64,000 nt of DNA from assembly GCF_030028105.1 (NCBI RefSeq), contig NC_092377.1, positions 134,449,356 to 134,513,355 of the forward strand, given 5' to 3'. The translations under genes were made by a program, and so were the position numbers. The notes beneath the pieces are model-generated. The model worked only from the letters and a program-made list of their open reading frames with translations, was not told the origin of the DNA and searched no databases. Source of the stretch: Mobula birostris (lineage: Eukaryota). Positions 14,301-28,900 of the stretch are shown piece by piece; position 1 is the first letter of the stretch, and each line of letters opens with the position of its first letter.

Positions 14301-17300
14301 ATATTTCCTGTAGGTGGATGACCAGAACATAACATGACCAGTGGTGCAGAGATCGTAGTTGGGTTGGTATTGAATAAGACAGATAAATGGCCCACTTATT
14401 CACTGTCTTTAAGTTGTCTTGTGACAAGACTTGAGCTTTTGTTGGTCCCAGAGAGCGAAGTGCCTTATGCAGACTGTGCTACTGAGCTGCACAGCGGCAA
14501 ACACACGGTCTCTGTCTCTGGCTTCTTGAGCCTGAGTGAAGAGCCTCTCCTGGTCTGGGAATGAAGGATGTGCCGGGTGGTTGCGAGAGGCAGGGGCGTG
14601 GGTGCGGAGAGGTTTTGGTTGGTCCAGGTCACACCAAAAACGTCGTTTCTTAACTGCAGGATCAGCAAAGCAAAGAAGAAGCTGGAGGGTCTGACACAGA
14701 GCATGGTGGACAGGTGTATCCAGGTGAGCAAACCGTGACGCCTGTGTACGTGTGTGCACTCACTGCTGTCCACCTTACCCCCAGACTTCCTCTGTCCTGA
14801 CTCATTCTTTGTGCTCGCATGGACTGCCAGTCACCTTCCTTATTCTGCAAGACACCACCCCTTATTGTCTGCCTGCTCGGAACTTTCTTTAGCCAGGGAG
14901 TGGCGAATCTGTGGAATTCTTTGCCACAGGTAGCTGTGGAGGCCGAGTCTGTACGTACATTTAAGCGGGAGGTTGAATAGTCAGGGCATGAAGGGACACG
15001 GGGAGAAGGCTGGAGATTGGAGCTGAGAGGGAAATTGATGAAATAGTGGTACAGACCCGATGGGCCAAATGGCCTAATTCTGCTCCTGTGTCTTATTTCA
15101 TGACACGTGCCAGAGATATCAAACCTGATTCTGACTCTGCTTTCCCTCGATGTACTGATGGTCTGTAAGGTTAGCATGCAAAACAAATTTTCTCACGTTA
15201 TCTTGGTACATGTGACAATAATAAACCAATTTAGCAATTTAAATTGGTTTGTTACTGTCACTACCATTGAAACACAGTGGAAAAACTTGTCTTGCATACA
15301 GTCCGTACAAATCAAATCATTACACAGTGCATTGAGGTAGAACAAGGTAAAACAATAACAATGGGGAATAAAGTGTAACTGCTTTCGGGAAAGTGCTGTG
15401 CAGGCAAGCAGTAAGGTGTGAGGCTATGAGGTATGCCACAAGCCTCTGCTCTTCTCTCCCTCTGAACTCTGCAATTTTTCCCAAGCCCCTCACCTCTGTC
15501 TCTCTGGAGGCTCACTTTTCCCTCATCCCTCCTGTAAGTTGGCAGGAGTTGCTAACAGCCCTGTGCCCATTGTTCATCTTTTAATCTCAGGATGAGATTG
15601 GTGACTTCCTCACTGGTATCCTCACCAAGACTGAGACACAAGCAGGGATTGAAGCCAAGGAGGTTGACATGGAGAAGAGAAAGCGATCTCGGGACGCGCG
15701 CAGGGACTTGGCCTTTGAGCTTTCGGAGCGAAACAGTCGACCTGTGTCACCGTTCAGCCGAGTCCCAGCCTCTCCCTCGGGTTCTGAGGTAAGTATTATC
15801 ATTCAACAGTTCACGTGTGTACCGCCAAACGAAACAACGTTCCTACAGGCCAAAGTGCACAACACCTACATATAACTCTCACACGACACATAAAGTAATA
15901 TTACCACAAATAGTTAACAAATAATAAGGTGCATTACAGCACAATTTAAAAAGCAAACAGCATAATGCTGCTGGCACTTCATATGTGTTGAGACCTGGGT
16001 TGTGGCAGGGAGTTTCATAGTCAGGTAAGTCACTCAACGCTACCTGTGCCCTTTGACTTCACCATCGAGGATATCTACAATGGACGGCATTCATCATTAG
16101 GGGCTCGCTGTCTGGGACATGCCCTCTTCTTCTCATTGCGATCATCAGGAAGGAGCTATAGGAGCCTCTGTGTTTTAGGAACAGCGTTGCTGTACTTATT
16201 TTGTATTTCTTACTGTAAATTCTAGTATATTTTATGTACTGCTGCTGCAAAACAACAAATTTCACAACATATGTCACTGATAATAAACCTGATTCTGATT
16301 CAGCAACAGTATTACCCTCCCTGTCACTGTTCCTTCTGCGCCCTGTAATCTGTAGCAGTCACTGGGTTCAGATTCCACTCGGATAGTTGAGTTGATGGTC
16401 TGGGCCACCACTCTAGTACAGAACTGCGCAGGAAATAGTCATGGGTGAGAGGTCTGATGTTTGCTGTCTTACGTAGATACAAAGGATTGCTGGGCCAATG
16501 CTTGTCCATCAACCATCACCTTTCAGTGTTGATTATCTGGCAGCAATTGTATTGCATTTTGGGGGCCTCTGGTGCCCCTCCTCCTTCCCTTTCTCCCATG
16601 GTCCACTCTCCTCTCCTATCAGATCTTTTTCTTTAGCCCTCAACTTTTTCTACTCGTCACCTCCAGCTTTTCACTTTAAGGCCCTCCCCCAGACACCCAC
16701 TTTCCCCCTTGCCTAGTCTACCTCGTACTCCTCCCCCTTCCCCATCTTCAGGCCTCTGTCCCCTTCCTTTCCAGTACTGATGAAAGGTCTCGGCCTGAAA
16801 CGTCAATTGTTTATTCCCGTCCATAGATGATGCCGAGTTCCTTCAGCACTTTGTGTGTGTTGCTCTGGATGTCCAGCATCTGCAGAATCTCTTGTTTCTG
16901 CATTTCCTTCCCATCACACTGCCCCAGTGAGTGAGATGGAAACAGATATGGAGGTCCATGTGTTTTTAAAGGTCGTGTAGCAGTTATGCAATGCTTTACA
17001 GCACTGGCAGTAAGATTGCGGTTTGATTCCACTGTTTTCTGTAAGGAGTTTGTACATTCTCCCTGTGACTGCATGGGTTTCCTCTGGGTGCTCCAGTTCC
17101 CTCCCACAGTCCAGATAGGTTAGGGATTAGGGTTAGTTTGTTGTGAGCGAGCTATGATGATGCCAGAAGCGTGGCGATGCTTGAGGCAAACAGTTAATAT
17201 CACCTCGTGTTTCAACTAGTTGTGACAACTAAAGCTAACCTTACCTTACACCCATGTCCCATCTCTCTCAGGGCACGTCGAGTGTGTCAAGCAGTCCCAC

Positions 17301-19880
17301 ATCCAGCCCAAAGACGAAGAGCTCATCCTTGTCGCCTGCCCAGAAGGCCAGCCTGATCACAGCCACTGCCACGGCCGCCAGCCAGTCTCCCAGCCTTTCC
17401 GCACAGTTCTCTCACATCCTTAAACAGCACATGCAGAAGACGGGGACTGTGCTGACTCAGAAGCAAGCTCAAGGTAACTTGCTCCACGTTTCTTCCCATG
17501 TCAGGGCACCAATTGATCACTAAACTGTGGACCATTTACTACAGGTGGAAACTCTGCTCTGGCATTCACTGGAATAGAATCTCGGCATGTTTTGTGTATC
17601 TACTACAGATTGGTACTAATCCTTACTAAGGTCTAAAATTAATTAAGACCTGTACGGTTGGATCCTGATGCTAACTTCTTTTAAAGTTAGGAATGAGACA
17701 TAAAACTTGCTGCTTGCGATCACTGTGTTAAGTGTTACAAATGAGGGAAGGAGGAGTGTGACGAGAGAGAAAAGAGCAAGGGAGAGAGAGAACCTGAGGG
17801 AAAGAGAACCAAGCTGGTTTGGTCGTCTTGTAATAGTGCGATCACTTGAGTGAGTATGATGTTCTCCTAAGCAATTGTCTGTTGGCGGGTCCTCAACTGC
17901 CTGCAGAGGCCGATCCAGGATCGGAGATGTACAGGGCAGGTTTTTGTTTTACACAGAGCGGTGGATGCCCAGATTGTACTGCCTGGGGTGGTGTTGGGGG
18001 CAGACACCATAGTGGAAGAAGCGTGGAGCGCAGGGATGTGGATCAAATTGAACAGTACAGCACTGGACTGGCCACTCAGCCTAAGTTGTTGAGCCGATTT
18101 TGATGCCAAATTATACTAAACTGAGTACCATCCATATCCCTCGATCCCCTTCGAATTATACTAAACTGAGTACCATCCATATCCCTCAATCCCCTTCATA
18201 TTCATGTGTCTTGTCTAAGAGCCTCTTAATCTCCACTAAACTGCATGCTTCCACTGGTAATTGATTCCAAGCATCATCTACCACTCTCTGGAGTTAAGAA
18301 AACACTTTGCCCCTTATGTTGTCTTTAAACTTTAAAAGCATGTCCTCCACTGTTTGACATTTCTAACCTAGGGAAAAGATTCTGACAGCTTACCCCATCA
18401 ATGCCTCTCATAATTTTAAAAACCTTTTATCAGGTCTCTCTTCAGTCTCCAGCGCTCTACAGAAAACAACCCAAGTCTGTCCAACCTTTCTCTATACCTC
18501 ATACTCTCTAATCCTGGCAACATCATGATAAACCTCTTCTTCAATTCCCAGATTAAGCAACACCTACCACTTTCCTGCCCTGCCCGTTGTTGTGGTGTGG
18601 ATGAAATCAATGGGGAGAGTGTTACTGGTAGATACAAAGCAGCTTCTTTATTCGACACAACAAGGTACAGCAGGCATCATACGGACGGAGACGCTTTCGG
18701 TAGAAAGGTCTGCTAGCTCAATATTTATATGCTAAACACAAAGGCAATCACTGTTTGAAAAATTATAGACAATGCAAAGACAATGCTTCCTTTTGAAGCT
18801 ACATACAAAACATCACACCTTCTGACTTCATCCTTTCCTCCTGACGCCAACATGTCTGGGTTGGTATCCACAGCCTTTAGGAGTGCAAGTCAAATCCACA
18901 ATACATTTATTTGGCATTTTATGTGCTAACATAGAAGGCAATTCATATCTATGAGGTATAGATAATACTGTCTTCGAAACTGCCTTTAAACTTCACACTT
19001 CAATCCGCAGCGTCTGGCTAATATCCCGATATTCACAACTTTTAGGAAAAGCATTGTTGTGAATTCAATCCACAGTACTTTGTCAAACAGAAGACTGGTG
19101 GCCAGAGTCATTTAAGTGTAAATGAATCATCTACCCAAAAACTCACTGTAGCACCTATGTCTGAAAGATCTATAGATTTGGCATCATGGTTAGCAAGAGA
19201 CTGTGGGCCGAAGGGCCTGTTCCTGTGCCGTATTGTTCCATATTTATGTTCTAAGTTGGGCTCTAGGAAAGTTGTCTGCTTGGACTGGGGGATTTGCTGT
19301 TAGATGACCAGCAATCCTCCTGGAGATTGCTCCAAGCGATCAGTCACAGCTTGCAAAGGGTTAATTCAAATCTGGAGGCGTGAATCAGTGTCTGACTTGT
19401 ATAGCCAGTATTAGATTGTATAGCGGGAAGCACGGTATCATAGCAGCTTAGTGTAGTGCTTTACAAAGCCAGTGATTGGAGTTTGCTTCTCACCACTCTC
19501 TGTAAGAAGATTGTGCGTTCTCCCTGTGACTTGTGGGTTTCCTCCAAATGTTCTGGTTTCCTCCTACATTTCAAGCGTGTACAGGTTAGGTTTAATGGTT
19601 AGTGAGCATTCTTTGTTAACGATGGAAGTGTGTCGCCACTTGCTGACTGCTCCCAGCATATCTTCGGACTGCGCTGCCCACTGATGCAAAAATGGCAGAT
19701 TTCACTGAGTTTTGATGTACATGTGAAAAATAATGCAAATTTAAAAAATTCTTTATGCCTTGTGATTTGCTGATGTTTCTGTCATTGGTTTCAGCTCAGT
19801 TTGCTGCTTTCCTGAAGCAGAATATGTTGGTGAAGAAGAATTTGAGTGTAGCCAACTCATCCTGTGTCTTTGGTACGTAC

Positions 19881-19913
<33 letters not shown>

Positions 19914-22900
19914 TGTGTGTGCACGCGCGCATGTGTCTGTGTGTGCATGTGCATAGTGTGCTGTGTACAAGTTCTCGCCAGTCTGCCCTCTCTGCCTTTC
20001 TTTCCCCAGCCCGGTGCAGTGCTAGGATTAACAGCATCTCCTCCAATTAGGTATTTCATTCGCTTTGAAAGTGAGAAACTTGGATCTGAAATTGCAAAGG
20101 TGAAGGGCCAAAGTGGTCTGTGTGCTGTAGGCAGTGGCAGACGTGGACCAGGCTCTAGTACAATGAGCTCTTTTACATTCACCCACAAGAAGAGGTGGAG
20201 TGGAAATACCGAACTGTACAGGCAACGTGATGCACGTGTGGCTTCCACGACAACTGGGGCATCAGGTTACATAGAGTCATGGAGCACTACACCACAGAAA
20301 GACTCTTCAGCCCATCTAGTCCATGCCAAACTATTATTCTGCCTAGTCCTATTGACCCACACCCAGACCATAGCCCTCCATACCCCTCCCATCTGTGTAC
20401 CTATTCAAATGTCTCTTAAATATTGAAATCAAACCCTCGTCCACCACTTCCACTGGCAGCCCTAGCAACATTCACACCACCCTGGTGGTGGTGAGTGAAG
20501 AAGTTTCTTCTTGGGTTCACCTGAAATACTTCACCTTTCAGCCTATGATCTTCGTTTCTAGTCCCTCCCAACCTGAGTGAAAAAAGCCTACTTGCATTTA
20601 CCCTATCTATACCCCTCTATCAAATTTCCACTCATTCTCCGACCTTCCAGGTATTAAATCTTTTCCAAGAACTCAGTTTCTCAAGTTCCAGCAACATCTT
20701 TGTAAATTTTCTCTGCACTCTTTCAATCTTATATCTTTCCTGTATAGATGACCAAAACTGGACATAATACTCCAAATTAGGCCTCACCAACATCTTGTAC
20801 AACTTCAACATATCATCCCAACTCCTGTATTCGGTACTTTGATTTATGAAGGCCAATGTACGGAAAACTCTCTTTCCAACCCTATCGACCTGTGCCACCA
20901 CTTTCAATGGATTATAGACCTGAATTCCCAGATCCTTCCTCGCTGCCCTTTGCTATAAAGCCCTACCCTAGTTTATCCACAGAAGTGCAACACCGCATAC
21001 GTGTTTCCATTAAATCCCATCTGCCATTTATCAGCCCATTTTTCCAGCTGGTCTTGATCCTGCTGCAAACTTTGGCCTTCCTCACTGTCCAGTACACCCC
21101 AAATCTCGGTGTCATCTGCGACTCATCATCCAGGTTGTAGATATAGATGATAAACAACTATGGACCCAAAACTGATCGATCCCTGTGGCACACCACTAGT
21201 ACCGTCCAGAAGCAAACGTCTACTACCACTACCACATCTGTGTATGTGTGTGTAAGGAGTAGTAGTTGGAGAAAATTGCCTCTCGGCCCTTCATGTCTGC
21301 TGCACTGTCCATGGTATCGTTGCTGAACTTTAACCTGGGCACCACTTGCCTGCGTCTACCTCGTATCAACATCTCAAGGGGTCTATCCTGGGCCCGCCAT
21401 ATCGATGCAATCATGGGGAAGGTATACCAGCAGCTATATTTCATTAGGAATTTGAAGAGGGTTTGGTAGGTCACCAAATTTGTACAGATGTACGGTGGAG
21501 GACATTCTGACTGGGCGCATCACTCATCCAGCGCCACCAAGCCTCCTGACCATCTTTCTTTGTTTTCTCTGCCGTGAATGCCCACAAGGAAATGAATCTC
21601 AAGTTAGTATATGATGACATATACGTCCTTCGGTAACAAATTGTCTTTGAGCTTTTGAACCCTGGAGGACATTTTCAAAAGGCAATGCATCAAGAAGACT
21701 ACGCCCATTTTTGAGGATCCTCCCAAACCAGGACATGCCCTGTTCTCATTGCTATCATCGGGGAGGAGATGCAGGAGCCTAAAGACACACACTCAGCAAT
21801 TTAGAAACAGCTTCTTCCCCTCTGCCAATAGATTTCTGAACAATTCATAAAGATTGACCTCACTTTTTGCTCGCTTTTGTGCTACTAATTTATATTATTG
21901 TAATTCATAGTGATTTCTATGTCTTGCACTGTCCTGCTTCTACTAAACAACTTTCATGACACATGTCAATGGTAGTAAATCTGATTCCGATTTTGAATAT
22001 TGGAAACTTGGACATAAAATGCTGGAAGCACTCAGCAGGTTATTATCAATGATAATAAACCTGATTCTGATCCCCAGTTCCTCTATTGATCCGTAGTTCC
22101 GGTGTCCTCGGACCAACAGGACGCAGCAGAAAAGGATGATGCAAAGGCACAGCTGAAGCGGAGGCAGCCTTCAAGCCCAACTCAAGTAGTCTCCAAGCCT
22201 GCCAAACGTGCCAAGATCAAGGTCACCATTCTGTCCCACGGGGATGCGTCCGCAGCTGCATCCATGCCCTATGCTGGAGCCAAGGAGGGTGAGCGTTGTA
22301 CTGGGTCTGCTGAGCGCTGAAACTACAGATCCCAGGGTACGGGGTCCCGTGCCCATTGTCCTGCTGAAGGAGGGAGGGGAAAGACAGACGTAGAAGGGAT
22401 GTACAGACCAGAAAGCTGGAGAGGCTGATGCTGAGGGCAGTTCGGGTAGTGAGAGACTGTTGTGATGCCTGAGGAGGAAGTGTAGGGTCACTGATTGATA
22501 ACTGGGATTATAGCACTTGTTTATTGATTTATTTTTGTATATTCAATATTAGATTAGATTATGAAGACACACAGTCCTCTTTTATTGTCATATAATAATG
22601 CATGCATTAAGAAATGATACAATATTTCCTCCGGTGTGATATCACAAAACACAGGACAGACCAAGGCTGAAAAAACTAACAAAACCACATAATTATAACA
22701 CATAGTTACAACAGTGCAACAATACCATAACTTGATGAAGAACAGTCCATGAACACAGTAAAAAGTTCAAAGTCTCTGAAATGTCCCACATCTCACGCAG
22801 ACGGGAGAAGGAAGAAAAACTCTCCCTGCCATGCCCGACCACAGTCTGACTCTGAGTTGTCCGAAAACTTTGAGCCTCTGATCAGTATTGATATATTTAT

Positions 22901-25900
22901 TTTTATTTAGATATGAATTTGTATACAGGTGTGCGCCGCTTAGTGTCCATTCGGACAATGTCTGATCGCATATACGTCTGTAGTCCCGATCGGAGAATGT
23001 GACGTAGCGGATGTAACCAATCTCGTGTATCGCGCGTCTCTTGAGTGTAGTAGCGTTATCTCTCTGTTTAATTTTCTTCCGAAAATATTACTGTAAAGTG
23101 CATCATGGCTTCCAAATGCAGGTTATTCGACCTGAATCTCTTTCAGTGGAACACTGTTGAGAACAATGATGTGGGTGATCCTCATCATCTTTGATAAATT
23201 GTGATATAAGCTAAGAAAGTGTTTACATAAAAGTTTAAAAAGTGAAAAAAATTAAAAAGGTTAAAATGAAATAAAAAATTAGTGTTTGTATGTATTATAG
23301 TGTATAGTATACAGTTTTAGTGTAAGTTCTTGGCTATTTAGTCAATACAGGTACATTACAGTACTCCATATAGGTTTGCTAATTATATAACATGGTGTTC
23401 GCACAACACCCAATTTCACAGAACATAACGTGGACGTTAAGGGATGCATACCTGTATTTAATTAGTGTCCCCCACATTTTGTGGAGTGCAGTTTTTCTGA
23501 CTTGCTCTTGGTGTCATTGGTATTGCTTTCTCGTTGTCACATGTACCGCGATCCAGTGAAAAGTTTGTCTTGCGTGCTGTTCATCCAGATCAGATCATTA
23601 CACACAGAGCATTAAACAATAACAGTGCAGACTACCGAAAGAGTGTAGTGTGGGTAAATCCAATGCAAGTACAAGGTCGTCCAGTGTAGATTGTGAGGTC
23701 GAGTCCAGCTTACTGTACAAGAGGTCTGTCCCAGAGTCCGATGAGTGGGGTAGAGACTGTCCTTGAGCCTGGAGTATGTGCTTCCAGGCTGTTGTATGAT
23801 GGGAGAGGGGGAGCTGAGAGAATGTCTGGGGTGGGTGGGATCACTCATTAAGCGGCTGCTTTACTGAGATAGTGAATAGTGTAGACAGAGTCCGTGGAGG
23901 GGAGGCTGGTTTCTGTGACGTGCTGAGCTGTGTCCACGACTCTCTGCAGTTTCCTGTGGTCACGGGCAGAGCAGTTGCCGTACCAAGCCATGATGCATCC
24001 AGAGAGAATGTTTCTGTGGTGTGTCGATAAAAATTGGAGCCGGAGATACAGAGCAAAGCTTGTCTTGCACACTGTTCATACAGATCAGATCATGACAGTG
24101 CGTTGAGCTAGAACAAGGTAAAACAGAACCAATAAAGCACAGTGCAGTGGCAGCTGGTTTTCTGTCTGTACTCTGAGCCTGTGGAAGGATTTGATCTGGT
24201 AATGGAGAGACAGGTCTGCAAATTAGTCTCCAATTACCTATTGCTACGCATTTCATTGTGAGCAGTCTGCCTTTCTGCTGGCAGATCCAGTGCAGAGCTG
24301 ATCCTCTCAGGCCTGGACCACATCACCAGTACTGGGATCCCCGTCCACACACTGCTGGGTTAGGGGTCTCATCCATCTGCAGTCTGGGGGCGTTTGGTGG
24401 GGGCACAGGTTGAGTCCTTTAGATATTAGACAGAGGAGCAGGATTAGGCTATTCAGCCCATCGAGACTGCTCCACCATTCATTGAGTTATTATCCCTCTC
24501 AACCCCATTCTGCCTTCTCCCTGTAATCTTTGATGCCCATTCTTATAAAGGATCTGTCAACCTCCTCCATAAATATACACAGTGACTTGGCCTCCACAGC
24601 CACCTGTGGCAGTTAATTCCACAAACCCTCTAGCAAAGGAAGTTGCTCTCATCGCTGTTCTAACGGGACACCTATTCTGAGGCTCTGCCCCCTGGTCCTA
24701 GACTCCCCTGCTATTGGAAACATCCTCTACACATCACTCTGACTAGGCCTTTCCATATTCGATCGGTTTCAGTAAAGTCGCCCCTCATTCTAAACTCCAG
24801 CGAGTACATGTCCAAAACCATCAAACTCTCCTATGTTAACACTTTCATTCCCAGAATCATTCTCATGAGCCTCCTCTGGATTCTCACCAATGCCATCACA
24901 TCCTTTCTTAGATAAAGGGCCCAAAAATGCTTCAGAAGTCTCTCAATGTAATCTGACCAATGCCTTATAAAACATTTTGGGGGAGAAGCAAATATCTTTC
25001 ACCCTAAACTATTTTTTTTCTCAGCTGGCGTGTTAGCTGAGGGCTGTCATCTGCTCTGACCTCTGGTTTCTTCCTCCTTTTGGCAGGTGGTGTCCCAAAA
25101 CCCCTGACGTTATCCGTCAGTCAGCCGGGATCTGGCACCAAAGAGCTGACTGGATTGCTCACCAGTCAAAGGTAGGTGCAGCCTGGACCGAGCCAGGAGT
25201 CATTTACCGGCAGTGGGTCCTTACTGACAGGGATGGTTCAAACAGGCCTGGTGTTGTGCTTCACACCGGAAACTGGGTGGATCTGACCGGGCCTGCTGCT
25301 GGGTACGAGAGGTAGCCTTCAGCGACAGGGACGGGTAACGGATTAGTGTGGTCTCCGGGTAGCTCATTTGTAAAGTTGGCTTGTAATGCAACATCCGTTA
25401 CAAGTGTGGGGAGGTTTGTTGGAAGGTTCAGGCCTGTACAAACCCTGGTTATCACCCTCCAACCTTCAGGTTCCTGAACCAGCATGGATAACTTCACTCA
25501 CCACGACACTGAACTAATTCCGCAGCCTATGGACTCCACAACTCATGTTCTCCGGTTTTGTCCATCCATATATAGTCTTTTCCACATTGGTTGCTTGTTA
25601 GACTTTGCTAATGTATAGTTCTTCATAAATTCTGTTTTATTTCTTTATTTTCCTGTAAATACCTGCAAGAAAATGAATCTCAAGGTAGTATGTGTACTTC
25701 GATAATAAATTTACCTTGCACAGCTACCATGGGGAAAATGTTAAATAATGATTATTAAAGTTATAGCAGGGAGAGTTTGACAAATTCACAGCACAAAATA
25801 CGTATTATATTCCCATATAAAGACTGACAAGCAACCAATGTGCAGAAGAAGACAAACTATGCAAAAATAAAAATACTGACAACATGAGTGTGCTATGGGA

Positions 25901-28900
25901 CTGTCAGTCTCTCTCTCTGTGTGAAAGTCCCATTCTCTCTCCCTTGTGCCTAGATCGGCCTCTGTGGACTCGTTCTCCAGTTGCCCCAGTACACTCTCCT
26001 CAACCGCCCTGACCAGTAACACAACAGCCAGTGCCTTTCACAGCATCCAGGCCCGGAAGTCTTCAGCCCCTGGCTCTACCGCACCGCCGCAGCCTCACCT
26101 GGGACCTGCCGCAACAGGTACGTAATCCCAGTGTTCACTCCAAATAACCGCCAGGGAATTCTGACAGTGGGCACAAGACTCAGTAACAAAGGGCTTGGGT
26201 AAAGGGGATCGGCAGAAGGATGGGGGGGGGGTGCAGGGGGAGCCGATGTTAAAGAGCTGGTTGATGAAGCCCCTGAGCATTTCACCTGAAATGCCGGTGG
26301 AAGCAGAGTTATTTGGGAATTTCCACTGGATCAGCATCTAAAGGAACTGGGGATGAGGGATCAACAGGAAGGGAGAGGACCAGCAAAAATACAATACATT
26401 AATCTTAGAACTGAGAACAGTACAGGCCCTTTGGCCCACAGTGTTATGCCACCCTTTAAACTTAAGCTTGATCAGTCTAATCCTTTCCTGCATTGCCCTC
26501 CATTTTTTTATTACTGTATCCATGTGCCTATCTAAGAGCATCTTGAATGTCTCTAATGATCTGCGTCTTACCACCGCCCCAGCATCCACCACTTTTTTGA
26601 AAAAAACACTACAGAAACAGAGTTAGGTTTATTATCACTGATACACGTCATGAAATTTGTTGTTTTGTGGCAGCAGGACAGTTCAAGTTAAGAAATATAT
26701 AATATAATATTAAATAAATAGTGAAAATAGAGCAGCTATGTCTCTGACACACTCTCTGTACTCACCTCCATCACATTAAAATTATGTCCTCTCGTGTTAG
26801 CTGTTCCTACTCTTGAAAAAGGTGCTGGTTGTCGACTGTATCAGTGCCTCTTAACCTCTTATCAAGTCCTTCTTCGTTCCAGAGAAAAACTGTAGCTGGC
26901 TCAACCTTTCCTGATAAGACATGCTCTCTAGTCCAGGCAGCATCCTGGTAAATCTCCTCTGCACTCTCACTAAAGCTTCCACATCCGTCTAACGAGGCAA
27001 CCAGAACTGAGCACAATATTCCAAGTGTGGTCTAACCAGGGTTTTATAGATCTGCAGCATTACCTCGTGGCTGTTGAACTCAATCCCTGACTGATGAAGG
27101 CCAACACACCATACACCTTCTAAACAACCTATCAATTTGAATGACAACTTTGAGGAATCTATGGACTTGGACCTACGATCCCTGTGTTCCTCCACGCTGC
27201 TAAGAATCCTGGCACTAGCCCTGCAATTCTGTCTAGAAGTTTGACTTTCCAAAGTCTTTTCTGGGTTGAACTCAGCCCAGCTCTGCATCCTGTCAATGTC
27301 CTGTCGTAACCTATGAGAAACTTCTACACTATCCACAGTTCCACCAGTCTTCTTGTCATCTGCAAACTTACCAACCCACGCCTCCACCTCTTCATCCAAA
27401 TCATTTATAAAAATCGCAAAGGGCCCAGAACATATTCCTGTGGAACACCATTACTCACTGACCTCCAGACAAAATATGCTCCTACCACCCTCTGCCTTCA
27501 GTGGGCAAGCCAATTCTGAATCCATGCAGCTAAGTTTCCCTGAATGCCATGCCCCCTGACTTTCTGAATGAGTCTACCATGGAGAGTCTTGTCAATCACC
27601 TTCCTAAAATCATATACACTGCATCCACTGCTCTAACAATCAGTTTGTTTTGTCACCTCCTCAGTGAAGGACAGGTACGTGGATGGGAAATGTTCGCAGA
27701 GATATGGGCCGAGCACTGGCAGATGGGTGTAGCGTAGATGGGCATCTTGGTCAGAATGGACCGGTTGGTCCTGTTGCCTGTAATGATTGCTATGTGCTTT
27801 TTGTTCAGTATTTGGTAACTTTCTGTACAGGGACACCGGCCAGCTGCCTCCTCCAGGGACTCAGCTTTAGCCTGCAAGACATGGGAACAAAGACCACCAG
27901 TTTGAGCTCCACCACCTCAACTCAGGTACTGCAAGCGAGGTGCCCAATGTTTGTCGCGTAACAAAGGTGTCGTTCACTACAAACGGGTAGGGAGCACTTT
28001 TTGAGACTCTTTCAAACCTGGGTCAGTAAAAACCGATATTTTCAGTCTTGGGGAAAGAGTCAGGGCCGTAGAGCACCACGACGCAGTGCAGACCCTGAGG
28101 TCCTTAACATTCTGCTGACCTTTCAGCCGACTCCAAGATCCATCTAACCCTCCCTCACACGAAACTCTCCCCTTTTCTGTCATCTCCTAAATGTCCTTCA
28201 TGTGTCTGTGTCCACCACCATCCTGGTAGTGTGTTGTGAACATAAAAACAAAACTACCTCTCAAGTTCAAGTGTAATTGTCATTTAACCATACTCATGTG
28301 TACTGCTAAACGAAACAGTTCCTCTGCAGCCAAGGTGCAAAACACAGCACATAACACATATAATTACACAGAGCACATAGCACATGGGACATAATGGCTC
28401 AGGGCACATGGCACACAATCGCTCGGGGCACATGGTACACAATCGCTCGGGGCGCATGGCACACAGTCGCTCGGGGCGCATGGCACACAGTCGCTCGGGG
28501 TGCATGGCACACAGTCGCTCGGGGTGCATGGCACACAGTCGCTCGGGGTGCATGGCACACAGTCGCTCGGGACACATGGCACACAGTCGCACAGAGCACA
28601 TACAGTCACAAAAAAAATGATATCAATACAAGTCCCTAAGTGGCATGGCCTGAAGATTGATGGTGAATAAATGTTGTCCTGCCGCCATGTTTCTGTATGA
28701 ACGTGCGTAGCAGTTCCTCGAAGGACCTATTCCACGGTCTATCTCTAATTAAAAGTAGATCACAAGAAAACTGTTGTAAGATCCACACTTGCACCGTTTG
28801 TTGGACTGGGACAGGCTACTGTGATCAAGTGCGCCACCATTTTACCCCCCCCACCCCCCACTTTTTTCTTAAAATCTGTGAGATAAAGAACTCAAATTGG

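Noticed and set aside
19287-19332. Two mutually exclusive short hairpins sharing cagcaatcc
   Set aside because: Stems are short and imperfect, could arise by chance, and I have no conservation evidence.
19755-20426. 223-aa ORF as an independent gene
   Set aside because: It is the 78-nt KANSL3 exon read through a (GT)n tract and on into a CR1 tail.
24130-24330. Non-repetitive intronic stretch as an enhancer or snoRNA (similar stretches near 2920-3110 and 8330-8500)
   Set aside because: No convincing box C/D or H/ACA architecture; cannot be supported without cross-species alignment.
28284-28639. Repeat array as a CRISPR array or as a Cys/His-rich repeat protein
   Set aside because: Units are contiguous with no unique spacers, there are no cas genes, and it lies in a vertebrate intron. 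ORFs in several frames arise simply from a stop-free 24-bp unit.
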